Assembly (NCBI GenBank): GCA_963829545.1
Contig: CAWHIX010000008.1
Coordinates: 127,324-191,323 of the forward strand
Direction: 5' to 3'
DNA length: 64,000 bases
Source of the DNA: an uncultured Actinomycetes bacterium
Lineage (GTDB): Bacteria; Actinomycetota; Thermoleophilia; RBG-16-64-13
Made by a program: the position numbers and the translations under genes
Notes under the pieces: generated by a model
Seen by the model: the letters and a program-made list of their open reading frames with translations, nothing else
What the model was told of the DNA's origin: nothing
The model's database searches: none
Shown: positions 8,997-18,318 of the stretch, piece by piece
Layout: each line of letters opens with the position of its first letter
How positions within the stretch are numbered: the first letter of the stretch is position 1

Positions 8997-10859
8997 ATGG
9001 GGAAGCTGCTGTTCGTCGACCTGACGAACAGGACGTTTCACGAAGAGGAGCTGTCGGAGGATACGGCGCGCCACTTCGTGGGCGGCTACGGCATCGGCGC
9101 TCGCATAATCATGGAGCGCACCAAGCCGGGGATCGACCCCCTGGGCCCGGAGAACATCTTCGGGATCGGGACCGGTCCGCTCACCCTTTCCGGTGTCTAC
9201 TCCACCTGCCGCTTCTCCACGATGGGCAAATCGCCGCTGACCGGCTACTGGGGCGATGCCAACTGTGGGGGCGATTTCGCCAATGCCTTCAAGGCCTCCG
9301 GCTACGATCTCGTCTTCTTCTCGGGGAAGGCCCCGTATCCCGTCTATCTGCTCATCACCGATGGGAAGGTGGAGCTGAAGGACGCCCGTCACCTGTGGGG
9401 CAAGGACACCACGGTCACCGAGGAGCTCATCAGGCAGGAGAACGTCAACAAGAAGCTCAAGGTGGCCGTCATCGGCCAGGCGGGCGAACGTCTCAGCCGG
9501 ATCGCGGCCGTGATGAACGACCGGGGACGGGCCGCCGCGCGCTCGGGGCTGGGAGCGGTCATGGGCTCGAAGAACCTCAAAGCCGTGGCCTGTACGGGCA
9601 GCGTGCGGCCTGAGCTGGTGGACAAGCCCCGCATCCAGGCCCTCATGAAGGAGATGATCAGACAGACGAAGGAGACCCCCTCGGGCATGTTCTATGGCCT
9701 CAGCCACGGGGGTACGCCAGGCGCCATGGTAATGCACATGCACGACCACGACGTGCCCATCAAGAACTGGAGCGGCAACACCGTCGACGACTTCCCCGAG
9801 TCCAGGTGGGGCTCGGTCGCGCTCGACGGCATGCTCAAGTACATCAAGAAGAGCTACGCCTGCACGGGCTGCCCGGTGGCCTGCGGCTCGGAGCTCACGG
9901 TCGAGGAGGGCAAGTACCCGGTCCGCGACTCGCACAAGCCCGAGTACGAGACCCTGGCCGCCTTTGGGCCCATGTGTCTGAACGACAACATGGAATCGCT
10001 GATCTACCTGAACGAACTGTGCAACCTGCACGGCATGGACACCATCTCGGCGGGCGCCACTCTGGCCTTCGCCATCGACTGTTACGAGAACGGCATCCTC
10101 TCCAAAGCAGACACCGACGGCCTCGAGCTGACCTGGGGCAACAGCGACGCCCATGTGGCGGTGCTGGAGAAGATGTGCCGACGCGAGGGCATCGGCGACA
10201 TCTTGGCCGACGGGGCCAAATGGGCCGCGGAGAAGATCGGCGGGGGCTCGGAAAGCCTGGCCATGCACGCCGGCGGAGAGATGCTCGCCATGCACGATCC
10301 CCGCTGCTTCCCCGGCTGGGGGGCCACCTACATCTCCGATGCCACCCCGGGCAGACATACACGGGGAGGAACGGCCTTTCCCGAGCACGGCGGCGTGAAC
10401 GAGATCGTGTATGCGGGCCTGGGCGTGCCCTTCAAACTGGACCCCTACGATTCGACCGACAAGGGGAAGTACCATGCCCTGCTTGCCGGATGGCAGCATT
10501 GGGTGAACACTTCGGGTGCCTGTCTCTTCGGCGTCGACAGTATGCCTCTCGACTTCGTGGGCTGCATGCGCGCCATAACCGGTTGGGACCTCGACTACGA
10601 CGAGATCATCGAGACCGGTAACCGCATCACCACGCTCCTCCACGCCTTCAACCTACGGGAGGGCTTTCAGCCGGGCGACTTCAGGCTTCCGGAGAGGGCG
10701 AGGGGCAATCCTCCGCTGGAAGCAGGCGGTCTTGAGGGCGTGACCGTGGATTCCGAGGGTCTCAAGCGGCAGTTCTACGAAGCCATGGGTTTCGACCCGG
10801 CGACGGGGGCCATCGCTCCCGAGCGGATCGTCGCCCTGGGACTGGATGATGTGCTGTAG
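8997..10859 (+). CDS. Tungsten-type aldehyde:ferredoxin oxidoreductase (AOR family), copy 1.
   Basis: N-terminus YMGKLLFVDLTNRTF and internal AVMGSKNLKAV are typical of the AOR N-terminal domain. About 620 aa. Alternative starts GTG 8934 or ATG 8940 overlap the OYE stop. Confidence 0.85.
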   Translation: MGKLLFVDLTNRTFHEEELSEDTARHFVGGYGIGARIIMERTKPGIDPLGPENIFGIGTGPLTLSGVYSTCRFSTMGKSPLTGYWGDANCGGDFANAFKASGYDLVFFSGKAPYPVYLLITDGKVELKDARHLWGKDTTVTEELIRQENVNKKLKVAVIGQAGERLSRIAAVMNDRGRAAARSGLGAVMGSKNLKAVACTGSVRPELVDKPRIQALMKEMIRQTKETPSGMFYGLSHGGTPGAMVMHMHDHDVPIKNWSGNTVDDFPESRWGSVALDGMLKYIKKSYACTGCPVACGSELTVEEGKYPVRDSHKPEYETLAAFGPMCLNDNMESLIYLNELCNLHGMDTISAGATLAFAIDCYENGILSKADTDGLELTWGNSDAHVAVLEKMCRREGIGDILADGAKWAAEKIGGGSESLAMHAGGEMLAMHDPRCFPGWGATYISDATPGRHTRGGTAFPEHGGVNEIVYAGLGVPFKLDPYDSTDKGKYHALLAGWQHWVNTSGACLFGVDSMPLDFVGCMRAITGWDLDYDEIIETGNRITTLLHAFNLREGFQPGDFRLPERARGNPPLEAGGLEGVTVDSEGLKRQFYEAMGFDPATGAIAPERIVALGLDDVL

Positions 10860-10890
10860 TGCATACAACTCGACCATACGGAGCCGACTG

Positions 10891-11721
10891 ATGTATCTCG
10901 AGAACAGAGTGGCGATAGTGACCGGCGGAGCCAAGGGCATGGGCAGAGGCATCGCCCTCAAGTTCGCCGAGGAGGGAGCGGACGTGGTGGTCTGCGACCT
11001 GGACCTGCCGGGCGCGCAGAGCGTGGCCCGGGAGATCGAGGCCTTGGGCCGAAAAGGCCTGGCCTTCAGGACCGACATCACGAACAGCTCGGAGATCAAG
11101 GAGATGGTGGCCGGCACCCTCGAGGGGCTGGGTACCATCGATGTGCTGATCAACTGCGCCGGCGGGGTGGGGGGAACCCACGGTTCGGGCGCAACTGGGA
11201 CCATGAGCGAGGAAGAATGGGACAGGGTGCTCGCGATCAACCTCAAAGGCCCCTGGCTGGTGACCGAAGCCGTGCTGCCCACCATGAAAGAGAAGAAGTA
11301 CGGCAAGATAGTCTTCATCTCCTCTACGGGGGCCGTGTCCCCGGTGGTGTCGGTGCTTCACTACCATGCCGCCAAAGCCGGCGTGATCGGCCTCGCTCTG
11401 AACCTCGCTTTTGAGCTGGCACCACAGAACATTTGCGTGAACACGATCGTCCCGGGGCCGGTCGAGACTCCCTTCTGGGATGCGCTCATGCCTGCCGGCC
11501 CGGAGCGCGACACTTTCTTCGCGGCCGTCTCGAAGCACGAGGTACCGCTGGGCAGGATGGGACAACCGAAGGACATCGCCGGGGCCTGCCTCTTCCTCTC
11601 CTCGGAACTCTCCGACTACGTGACCGGGCAGACCATCTGCGTGGCAGGAGGCCAGCCCATGCTGTCCCAGCAAGCCACCTTCAACATCGAAGCCTATCTG
11701 AAAGATCGAGGCCTACTATGA
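10891..11721 (+). CDS. Short-chain dehydrogenase/reductase (SDR).
   Basis: RVAIVTGGAKGMGRGIA glycine-rich NAD(P) motif, YxxxK present, about 276 aa. Confidence 0.85.
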   Translation: MYLENRVAIVTGGAKGMGRGIALKFAEEGADVVVCDLDLPGAQSVAREIEALGRKGLAFRTDITNSSEIKEMVAGTLEGLGTIDVLINCAGGVGGTHGSGATGTMSEEEWDRVLAINLKGPWLVTEAVLPTMKEKKYGKIVFISSTGAVSPVVSVLHYHAAKAGVIGLALNLAFELAPQNICVNTIVPGPVETPFWDALMPAGPERDTFFAAVSKHEVPLGRMGQPKDIAGACLFLSSELSDYVTGQTICVAGGQPMLSQQATFNIEAYLKDRGLL

Positions 11722-12597
11722 GCGACCTACAGGGAAAAGTCGCCCTGGTCACAGGAGCGGCGGCCAAGAGGAGCATGGGTCGCGCCATCGCCGCGCAACT
11801 GGCCAAGGACGGGGCCGACGTGGCCGTGGCGGACAAGTTCTCTGCTCCCGCCAGCATCTGGCCCGGCGATGAGGGCTGGACTGGGCTCGACGCGGTGGTG
11901 GAGGAGATCGAGGCGCAAGGTCGGAAGGGTCTGGCCATCGCCGGTGACGTCAGCGCGAGCGCCGACGTCGACGCCATGGTGGCTCGGACGCTGGAGAAGT
12001 TCGGGAAGATAGATATCCTGGTCCATTGCGTGGGCGTCCGCGGTCCCGTACCGGTGCCCATCGTCGAACTGGACGAATCCACGTGGAGGATGCTCCTCGA
12101 CGTCAACCTGACGGGCGCCTTCCTGATCTCCAAAGCGGTGGCCAAGAACATGATCCCGGACGCAGCGCCGGGGGCGCCCCCGGCTTCCGCCGAGGGCAAG
12201 AAGATCAGTCCTCATCTCTTCCATGGCCGGGGTGGGGCCCTATCCCGGCGGGGCCGGCTACTGCGCCTCCAAGCATGGGGTGCTGGGACTCATGAAGACC
12301 CTGGCCCGAGAGCTGGCGCCCTACAAGATCAACGTCAACGCCATCAACCCCGGGGGCTTCGACACCAACTTCCGGGACGACAGTCTCATCAAGCAGGCGG
12401 AGCAGCGGGGCATCAGCGTGGAGGAATCGCTCAAGACCCCGCCGGCCGGACCCACCGGGAACGCCGGCCCGCCGCCCATCCCCTTGGGTCGCCTGGGTAC
12501 CCCGCAGGATGTCGCCGATCTGGTGTCGTTCCTCGTGTCAGACCGTGCCAAGTACATCACCGGCGAAGACGTCAACCTGGCCGGGGGCGCCAGCTGA
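11718..12597 (+). CDS. SDR with one apparent frameshift near position 12170-12210.
   Basis: N-terminal part (KVALVTGAAAKRSMGRAIA...) is in frame 0 up to about 12200. C-terminal part (ISSMAGVGPYPGGAGYCASKHGV..., ORF 12223..12597) is in frame +1. The break is at a G/C-rich run. Confidence 0.7.
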
Positions 12598-12637
12598 GAC
12601 CGACGGTCTCGCCGAGCTGGAGAAGGAGGTATCTCGC

Positions 12638-14474
12638 ATGCCACAAGAGCCATATACGCTGCGCATCATCCGCGTCGATCTGAGCACCGGGGAAGTCAGC
12701 GAAGAACTGATCGACGGCGAAACGACCCGGCAGTACGTGGGGGGCACGGGCCTGGCCACCAAATACCTGTGGGAAGAAGTCCCGGCCGGTGTGGAATGGT
12801 CGGATCCCGAGAACCTGCTCACCTTCTTCACCGGCCCTCTGGCGGGAACCAGGGTCTCGGGCTCGGGGACCTTCTCGGTGACTACCCTGGGAGCGTGCAC
12901 GGGTATGTGCGGCACCGCACAGGCCAACGGGTTCCTCGGCGCCTTCATGCGCCAGAACGGCATCGACGGCGTGCTCGTGCAGGGCGCGGCGGAGAAGTGG
13001 ACCCGCCTTCACATCGAGGATGGCACGGTCCATCTTCTCGATGCGGAGCATCTGCTCGGGCAAGGACACCTGGGAGACCGAGGATGCCGTGAAGGAGGAG
13101 ACCGAAGGCCGGTGCAGCGTCTTCAGCATCGGGCCGGCTGGCGAGAACCTGGTCCGCTTCGCGGCCATCGTCGGCGACCGGGGCCACGTGGCGGCCCACA
13201 ACGGAGTGGGCGCCGTCATGGGCTCCAAGAAGCTCAAGTGCATCTCGGCCGTGAAGGGCGATCTGAAGCCTCGGGTGGACGACCCCGAGCGTCTCCTCGA
13301 GAACGCCAAGAAGCTGGGCGCGTTCACCAAGGAGGTCGACCAGGGCCTCGTCAACTTCGGCACCAACGCCGGGCTGGCGCCACTGGCTGCCATGGGCGCC
13401 GTGCCCATGCGGAACTACACCACCAACGTCTTTCCCGAGGACAACAAGTACGTGCCTGAGTACATGCGGGCGCATTTCAAAGCCAAGCCCTCGTCCTGCT
13501 GGGCCTGCGTCGTGGCGCACTGCCGCATCATGGAGGTCACCGAAGGCAGGTACGCCGGCTTTGTCGGTGAGGAACCTGAATACGAGGGGACGGCCGAGAT
13601 GGGTCCCCTCATCGGGATGACCGAGCCGGGCGAGACTGTCTACTTGTGCAACATGGTGGACCGGCTGGGCTTCGACATCAACGAGTCCGGATACCTGATC
13701 GCGTGGCTCATGGAATGCTACGAGAAGGGATACGTGACCAAAGACGATCTGGATGGCGTGGAGCTGAGGTGGGGCGACTCGGAAGCGGTCGACGTCATGC
13801 TGAAGAAGATCGCCTACCGCGAAGGCTGCGGGGACCTCTTCGCCGAGGGCACGAAACGGTCGGCCGAGAGGGTGGGGGGTCCAGCCCAGGACTGTTGTGT
13901 CTACACGCTCAAAGGGGCTACGCCCCGCGGCCATGACCACCGTGGCCACTGGATGGAGTTCATCGACACCTGCCTCTCCAACACGGGCACCATCGAGACC
14001 AGCGGCCACCTCTTCACGCCCCCCAACCTGGGCCTGGAACGGGTGAAGGATCGCTTCGACCCCATCGCCATGTCCACCATGAACGCCCTGCTCAACGGGG
14101 GCAGGAACGTGGAGGATTCGCTGGGCATCTGCCGCCTCTGTACGCCCAATCTGGCCCTCACCCTGGAATGCATCAACGCGGTCACGGGGTGGGACTGGAC
14201 GGTGGAGGACGCCAAGGAGATGGGGCTCCGCATCGTCAACCTCATGCGCATGTTCAACTTCCGGCACGGGCTGACCAAAGAGATGGAGGCGCCGTCGGTG
14301 CGCTACAGCTCCACGCCCGTCGATGGGCCGGCGGCGGGCATCGGCATCCGCGAGCACTGGGATGCCATCCGGGACAACTACTACGAACAGATGGGCTGGG
14401 ATGTGCGAGACGGGCCGTCCCCTGCCCGAGACGCTGCAGAAGTACGGCTTGGAAAAACTTTGTGTACCAAAATG
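12638..14474 (+). CDS. AOR-family aldehyde:ferredoxin oxidoreductase, copy 2, with two apparent frameshifts.
   Basis: Good GGAGG ribosome-binding site before the ATG at 12638. The frame switches at about 13060 (..HLLG | KDTWETEDAVKEETEG..) within a ggg run, and again at about 14410. The C-terminus in the shifted frame reads PETLQKYGLEKL, the canonical AOR ending. Confidence 0.75.
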
Positions 14475-14563
14475 ATTCTATGTGCTGAAATATAGTTTGC
14501 CGATGACCAACGACGAGCGACGGCAGCCGGCAGGCGGCCGTCGCCCATCCAGGGGGTGAACGT

Positions 14564-17173
14564 ATGTCGCAAGAGGCGAAGGATGGACAAGGGGAAAGGA
14601 CTGTCTACCGCGGGCTGAGTTTCATAGGCATCGCGGCCGATGCGAACAGCGTGCGCGTGGAGTGCAAGGATGGCAGGATCATCCGCATCCGGCCTCTTCA
14701 ATACGACGAGAAGTATCCCGGCCTGGAGCCGTGGAAGCTGGAGGCTCGGGGCAAGAGCTTCTCCCCCAAGATGCTGTCGGCCGTTCCGCCGCTCAGCCTC
14801 GGCTACAAGAACCGGGTCTATTCCCCCAACCGGGTGCTGTATCCGCTGAAGAGGGTGGATTGGGACCCGACGGGCGCCCCCGGGTCCACCGGCCCCGGCG
14901 GGCGCAACCCGCAGAACCGCGGTCTCAGCAAGTACGAGCGCATCTCCTGGGATGAAGCTCTCGACATCGTGGTGGCCGAGATCGAGAGGGTCAAAGAGAA
15001 GTACGGCATGGAGGCCATCCTCTCCCAGTCCGACGGGCACGCCGAGACGAAGACCATCCATTCCGCTCACGGCTGTCACCGCCGTCTCCTCAGGATGCTG
15101 GGCGGCTACACGCTCCAGACCCGCAACACCGACAGTTGGGAGGGCTGGTACTGGGGCGCCAAACACGTGTGGGGTTGCGAGCTCCTGGGACAGATGGTGC
15201 CGGTCGCCAACGTCATGTCGGACGTCTCCAACAACTGCGACGGCATCCTCTTCTGGGGCTGTGACCCTGAGACCACTCCCTGGGGCTTCAACGGGCAAAC
15301 GGCCAGTCGGCTGAGCTACTGGTGGACCGAGTTGGGCATCAAGCAGATCTACATCGCTCCCGACTGCAACTACGGCAACGCCGTCCACGCCGACAAATGG
15401 ATCCCGGTGCTGCCCAACACCGACGCCGCCCTCTACCTTGCCATCGCTCACGTGTGGTTGACTGAGGGCACCTACGATCAGGAGTACGTCGAGACCCATG
15501 CCGTGGGCTTCGAGAAGTTCCGGGCCTACGTCCTGGGCGAAGAGGACGGCGTTCCCAAGAACCCCAAGTGGGCCGCGCCCATCACGGGCGTGCCTTCCTA
15601 CACCATCAGGGCCCTGGCCCGCTACTGGGGCAAGAAGACCGTCTCCATAGCCATCGGCAACGGTGGCCCGGGCATCAGGGGCCCGTACTCCACCGAGCCG
15701 GCCCGCCTGCAGGTATTGCTTCTGGCCATGCAGGGCGTCGGCAAACCCGGGGTGCACCAGTTCAAGATGATGGAGTGGGGGCTCTACAACAAGAAGTCCA
15801 ACAACCCCCTGCCCCCGCCCAAGTACATACCCCTCATGATGGGGGCCAACCGCGGCTGGCTCTACACGGACACACCGCCGCAGTTCATCCCCAAGGACCT
15901 CATCCCCGACGCCATCCTCAAGCCGCCCCTGAGTTGGTACGGCACCACGCTCTCCCGGGACTCGGTCGATCAGCAGTTCATCAAATACACCTATCCGCGT
16001 GAGGGCGGCACCGAGATCCACATGATCTGGACCGACAGCCCCTCCTGGATGACGTGCTGGAACGACACCAATTCGTTCGTCCGGGCTGCGCGCGACCCCA
16101 AGATCGAGTTCGTGCTCGCTCAGCACCCCTGGATGGAGAACGACTGCCAGCTCGCCGACCTGGTGTTGCCCTCGCTCACCATGATGGAGGTCGACGACAT
16201 CGGCTGTGATTCGCTGAGCGCCATCTTCTACGTCGTGTTCCATGAGCCCCGGGCCATCGAACCCAGGGGCGAATCGAAGAGCGACTACGAGATCGTCTGC
16301 GCTATCGCCGAGCGCTTCGGGATATTGGAGGAGTACACAGGCGGCAACAGTGTCGACGACTGGATCAAGGTCGGATACGAGACCTGCGGCGTGGCCGGCG
16401 ACATCAGCTTCGAAGAGCTGAAGGAGAAGGGGTACTTCGTAGTCCCGCACGATACCGAAGTGCCGAACGACGGCAAGGCCGGCCTGCTCGACTTCTACGA
16501 GGACCCGGAGGGCCATCCTCTGACCACGCCCAGCGGCAAGATCGAGTTCTACTCCGAGCGGCTGGCCACGCACTTCCCCGACGATAACGAGCGGCCGCCC
16601 ATGCCGCGTTGGATCCCGGAGGGAGAGTCGCACCAGGAGAGTCGGGACGGGGAGCGGGGCAAGAAGTATCCGCTGCTCGTCATCAGCAACCATCCCAGGT
16701 GGCGCGTGCACTCCCAGCACGACGACATGACCTGGCTGCGCGAGATCCGTACCTGCAAGGTCAAGGGTCCGGACGGATACCAGTACGAGCCGCTCTGGAT
16801 CCACCCCTCCGACGCCGAGGCGCGTGGCATCGCCGACGGCGAGGTGGTCACCATCTACAACGAGAGAGGCGCGGTGCTGGCCGGGGCCTGGGTCACGGAG
16901 AGGATCAGGCCGGGAGCGGTCTACATCGATCACGGGGCCCGCTGGGACCCCATCGTGCCCGGGGAGTTGGACCGTGGCGGTGCCATCAACACCATCACTC
17001 CCCACAACATCACCTCCAAGAACGCCACGGGCATGGTGTGCAGCGGCTTCCTGGTGGAGGTGGAACGGGCCGATCTGGATGCTCTGAGGAGGGCGTATCC
17101 GGAAGCGTTCAAACGGCCGTACCGCGCCGACGCCGGTCTCCGCTTGGAGCGCGTGCTGGAAGGGGGTCGGTGA
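14564..17173 (+). CDS. Pyrogallol-phloroglucinol transhydroxylase-like molybdopterin enzyme, large (alpha) subunit, module 1 (DMSO-reductase superfamily, cytoplasmic).
   Basis: 869 aa with no Tat signal. Blocks WKLEARGKSFSP, YPLKRVDWDP, YERISWDEALDIVVAEIERVKEKYG and DSWEGWYWG match the Pelobacter AthL sequence as I recall it (KIEARGKTFTPP, YERISWDEATDIVVAEINRIKHAYG, DSWEGWHWG). Confidence 0.85.
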   Translation: MSQEAKDGQGERTVYRGLSFIGIAADANSVRVECKDGRIIRIRPLQYDEKYPGLEPWKLEARGKSFSPKMLSAVPPLSLGYKNRVYSPNRVLYPLKRVDWDPTGAPGSTGPGGRNPQNRGLSKYERISWDEALDIVVAEIERVKEKYGMEAILSQSDGHAETKTIHSAHGCHRRLLRMLGGYTLQTRNTDSWEGWYWGAKHVWGCELLGQMVPVANVMSDVSNNCDGILFWGCDPETTPWGFNGQTASRLSYWWTELGIKQIYIAPDCNYGNAVHADKWIPVLPNTDAALYLAIAHVWLTEGTYDQEYVETHAVGFEKFRAYVLGEEDGVPKNPKWAAPITGVPSYTIRALARYWGKKTVSIAIGNGGPGIRGPYSTEPARLQVLLLAMQGVGKPGVHQFKMMEWGLYNKKSNNPLPPPKYIPLMMGANRGWLYTDTPPQFIPKDLIPDAILKPPLSWYGTTLSRDSVDQQFIKYTYPREGGTEIHMIWTDSPSWMTCWNDTNSFVRAARDPKIEFVLAQHPWMENDCQLADLVLPSLTMMEVDDIGCDSLSAIFYVVFHEPRAIEPRGESKSDYEIVCAIAERFGILEEYTGGNSVDDWIKVGYETCGVAGDISFEELKEKGYFVVPHDTEVPNDGKAGLLDFYEDPEGHPLTTPSGKIEFYSERLATHFPDDNERPPMPRWIPEGESHQESRDGERGKKYPLLVISNHPRWRVHSQHDDMTWLREIRTCKVKGPDGYQYEPLWIHPSDAEARGIADGEVVTIYNERGAVLAGAWVTERIRPGAVYIDHGARWDPIVPGELDRGGAINTITPHNITSKNATGMVCSGFLVEVERADLDALRRAYPEAFKRPYRADAGLRLERVLEGGR

Positions 17174-17174
17174 C

Positions 17175-18006
17175 ATGGGCAAGGTGATGGTCATAGACAT
17201 CACGAAGTGCAACGGCTGCTACAACTGCCAGATAGCCTGCAAGGACGAGCACTGCGGCAACGACTGGTCGCCTATCGCCAAACCGCAGCCGCTCAGCGGC
17301 CAGTTCTGGCACAAGGTCACCGACCGGGTGCGCGGCCAGGTACCCAAGGTCAAGGTGGCCTACGAGCACACCATCTGCCAACACTGCGCCGATGCGCCAT
17401 GCATGACGGCCTGTCCCGAGAAGGCCATCTACAGGCGCTCTGACGGAGCCGTGGTCATCGATCCGCAGGTCTGCAAGGGCAACCACAGTTGCGTGGAGAG
17501 CCTGCCCCTACGAGGGCGTGGTGTACTTCAACGAGGACCTCAAGATCGCGCAGAAGTGCACGTTCTGCGCGCATCTCCTCGACAAGGGATGGACCCAGAC
17601 CCGCTGCTCGGAGGCCTGTCCCACCGGGGCCATCTCCTTCGGGGAAGAAGAGGAACTTGCAGAACTGATCGCCGGAGCGGAACTGCTCCGTCCCGATCTG
17701 GATACAGGTCCGCGCGTGTACTACATCGGCTTGCCCAAGACCTTCATCGGGGCGACCGTCTATGACCCCGAAGCAGACGAGGTGGTGGAGCAGGCCCTGG
17801 TGACTCTGGAGCGGCTGGGAGACGAGGCGCCGGTGACGGCGCATACCGACGAGTTCGGCGACTTCTGGGTCGACGGCCTGCAGACCGGCGTCTACAACGT
17901 ATCCGTGGCGAAGGATGGCTACGTCACCATCGACATGGCGGCGGTGACGGTCGACAAGGACCTGAATCTCGGCGACCTTCCCATGCAGCAAGAGCGGAGG
18001 CGGTGA
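17175..18006 (+). CDS. Transhydroxylase-like small (beta, ferredoxin-type) subunit, module 1, with one apparent frameshift near 17505.
   Basis: MVIDITKCNGCYNCQIACKDEH corresponds to BthL MVIDVAKCQDCNNCFMGCMDEH. The C-terminal part is in the second ORF (17518..18006) with KPRVYY...GDFW...DLNLGDL. Restoring ..VESCPYEGVVYF requires a 1-nt indel in a cc run. Confidence 0.8.
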
Positions 18007-18302
18007 ACGTGAGAGCCATAGTGAACATGATGTCCGGCAAGGTGGGCGGCGTTGTGGGCTGGCGTGCCCGTGAGATCCGCGTGGACAAGCCTACCGTGAC
18101 CGTTGAGGACATCTTCCGGTCGGTGACCCTGAAGGATAGCGACACGACCCTGTACGACCTGATCTGCGAGGAGCAGGGGCTCAAGCCGGAGTATGCGGTG
18201 TTCATCGGCGGCGAGTTCATGCGGGGCGCCTACGACTGGCAGCGCCCCATCATCGACTCCGAGCAGATCCACGTGGCCGACTGGCCAATGAGCGACTCCT
18301 AG
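18003..18302 (+). CDS. Small hypothetical protein (99 aa) between transhydroxylase modules. Possible MoaD/ThiS-like beta-grasp fold without the terminal Gly-Gly.
   Basis: GTG start overlapping the stop of the previous gene. The C-terminal segment YAVFIGGEFMRGAYDWQRPIIDSEQIHVADWPMSDS resembles the MoaD pattern VAVNGEFV...L.DGDEV.I.PPVSGG but ends in DS. The fold assignment is inferred. Confidence 0.45.
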   Translation: MNVRAIVNMMSGKVGGVVGWRAREIRVDKPTVTVEDIFRSVTLKDSDTTLYDLICEEQGLKPEYAVFIGGEFMRGAYDWQRPIIDSEQIHVADWPMSDS

Positions 18303-18318
18303 ACAAGGGGCGGACACG

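Noticed and set aside
6760-10643. Two very long antisense ORFs (6760..8439 and 8877..10643, 559 and 588 aa) opposite the OYE and AOR genes
   Set aside because: No motifs. They consist of G/A/R/V/D-rich pseudo-protein. The sense-strand genes are intact with strong family signatures.
11433-11717. N-terminal 95 codons of the 416-aa ORF 11433..12683
   Set aside because: This is an out-of-frame overlap with the 3' end of SDR 1. The real gene starts at the ATG at 11718, which has a ribosome-binding site.
14381-17212. 943-aa ORF antisense to transhydroxylase large subunit 1
   Set aside because: The same reason applies. The sense gene matches the AthL family along its whole length.
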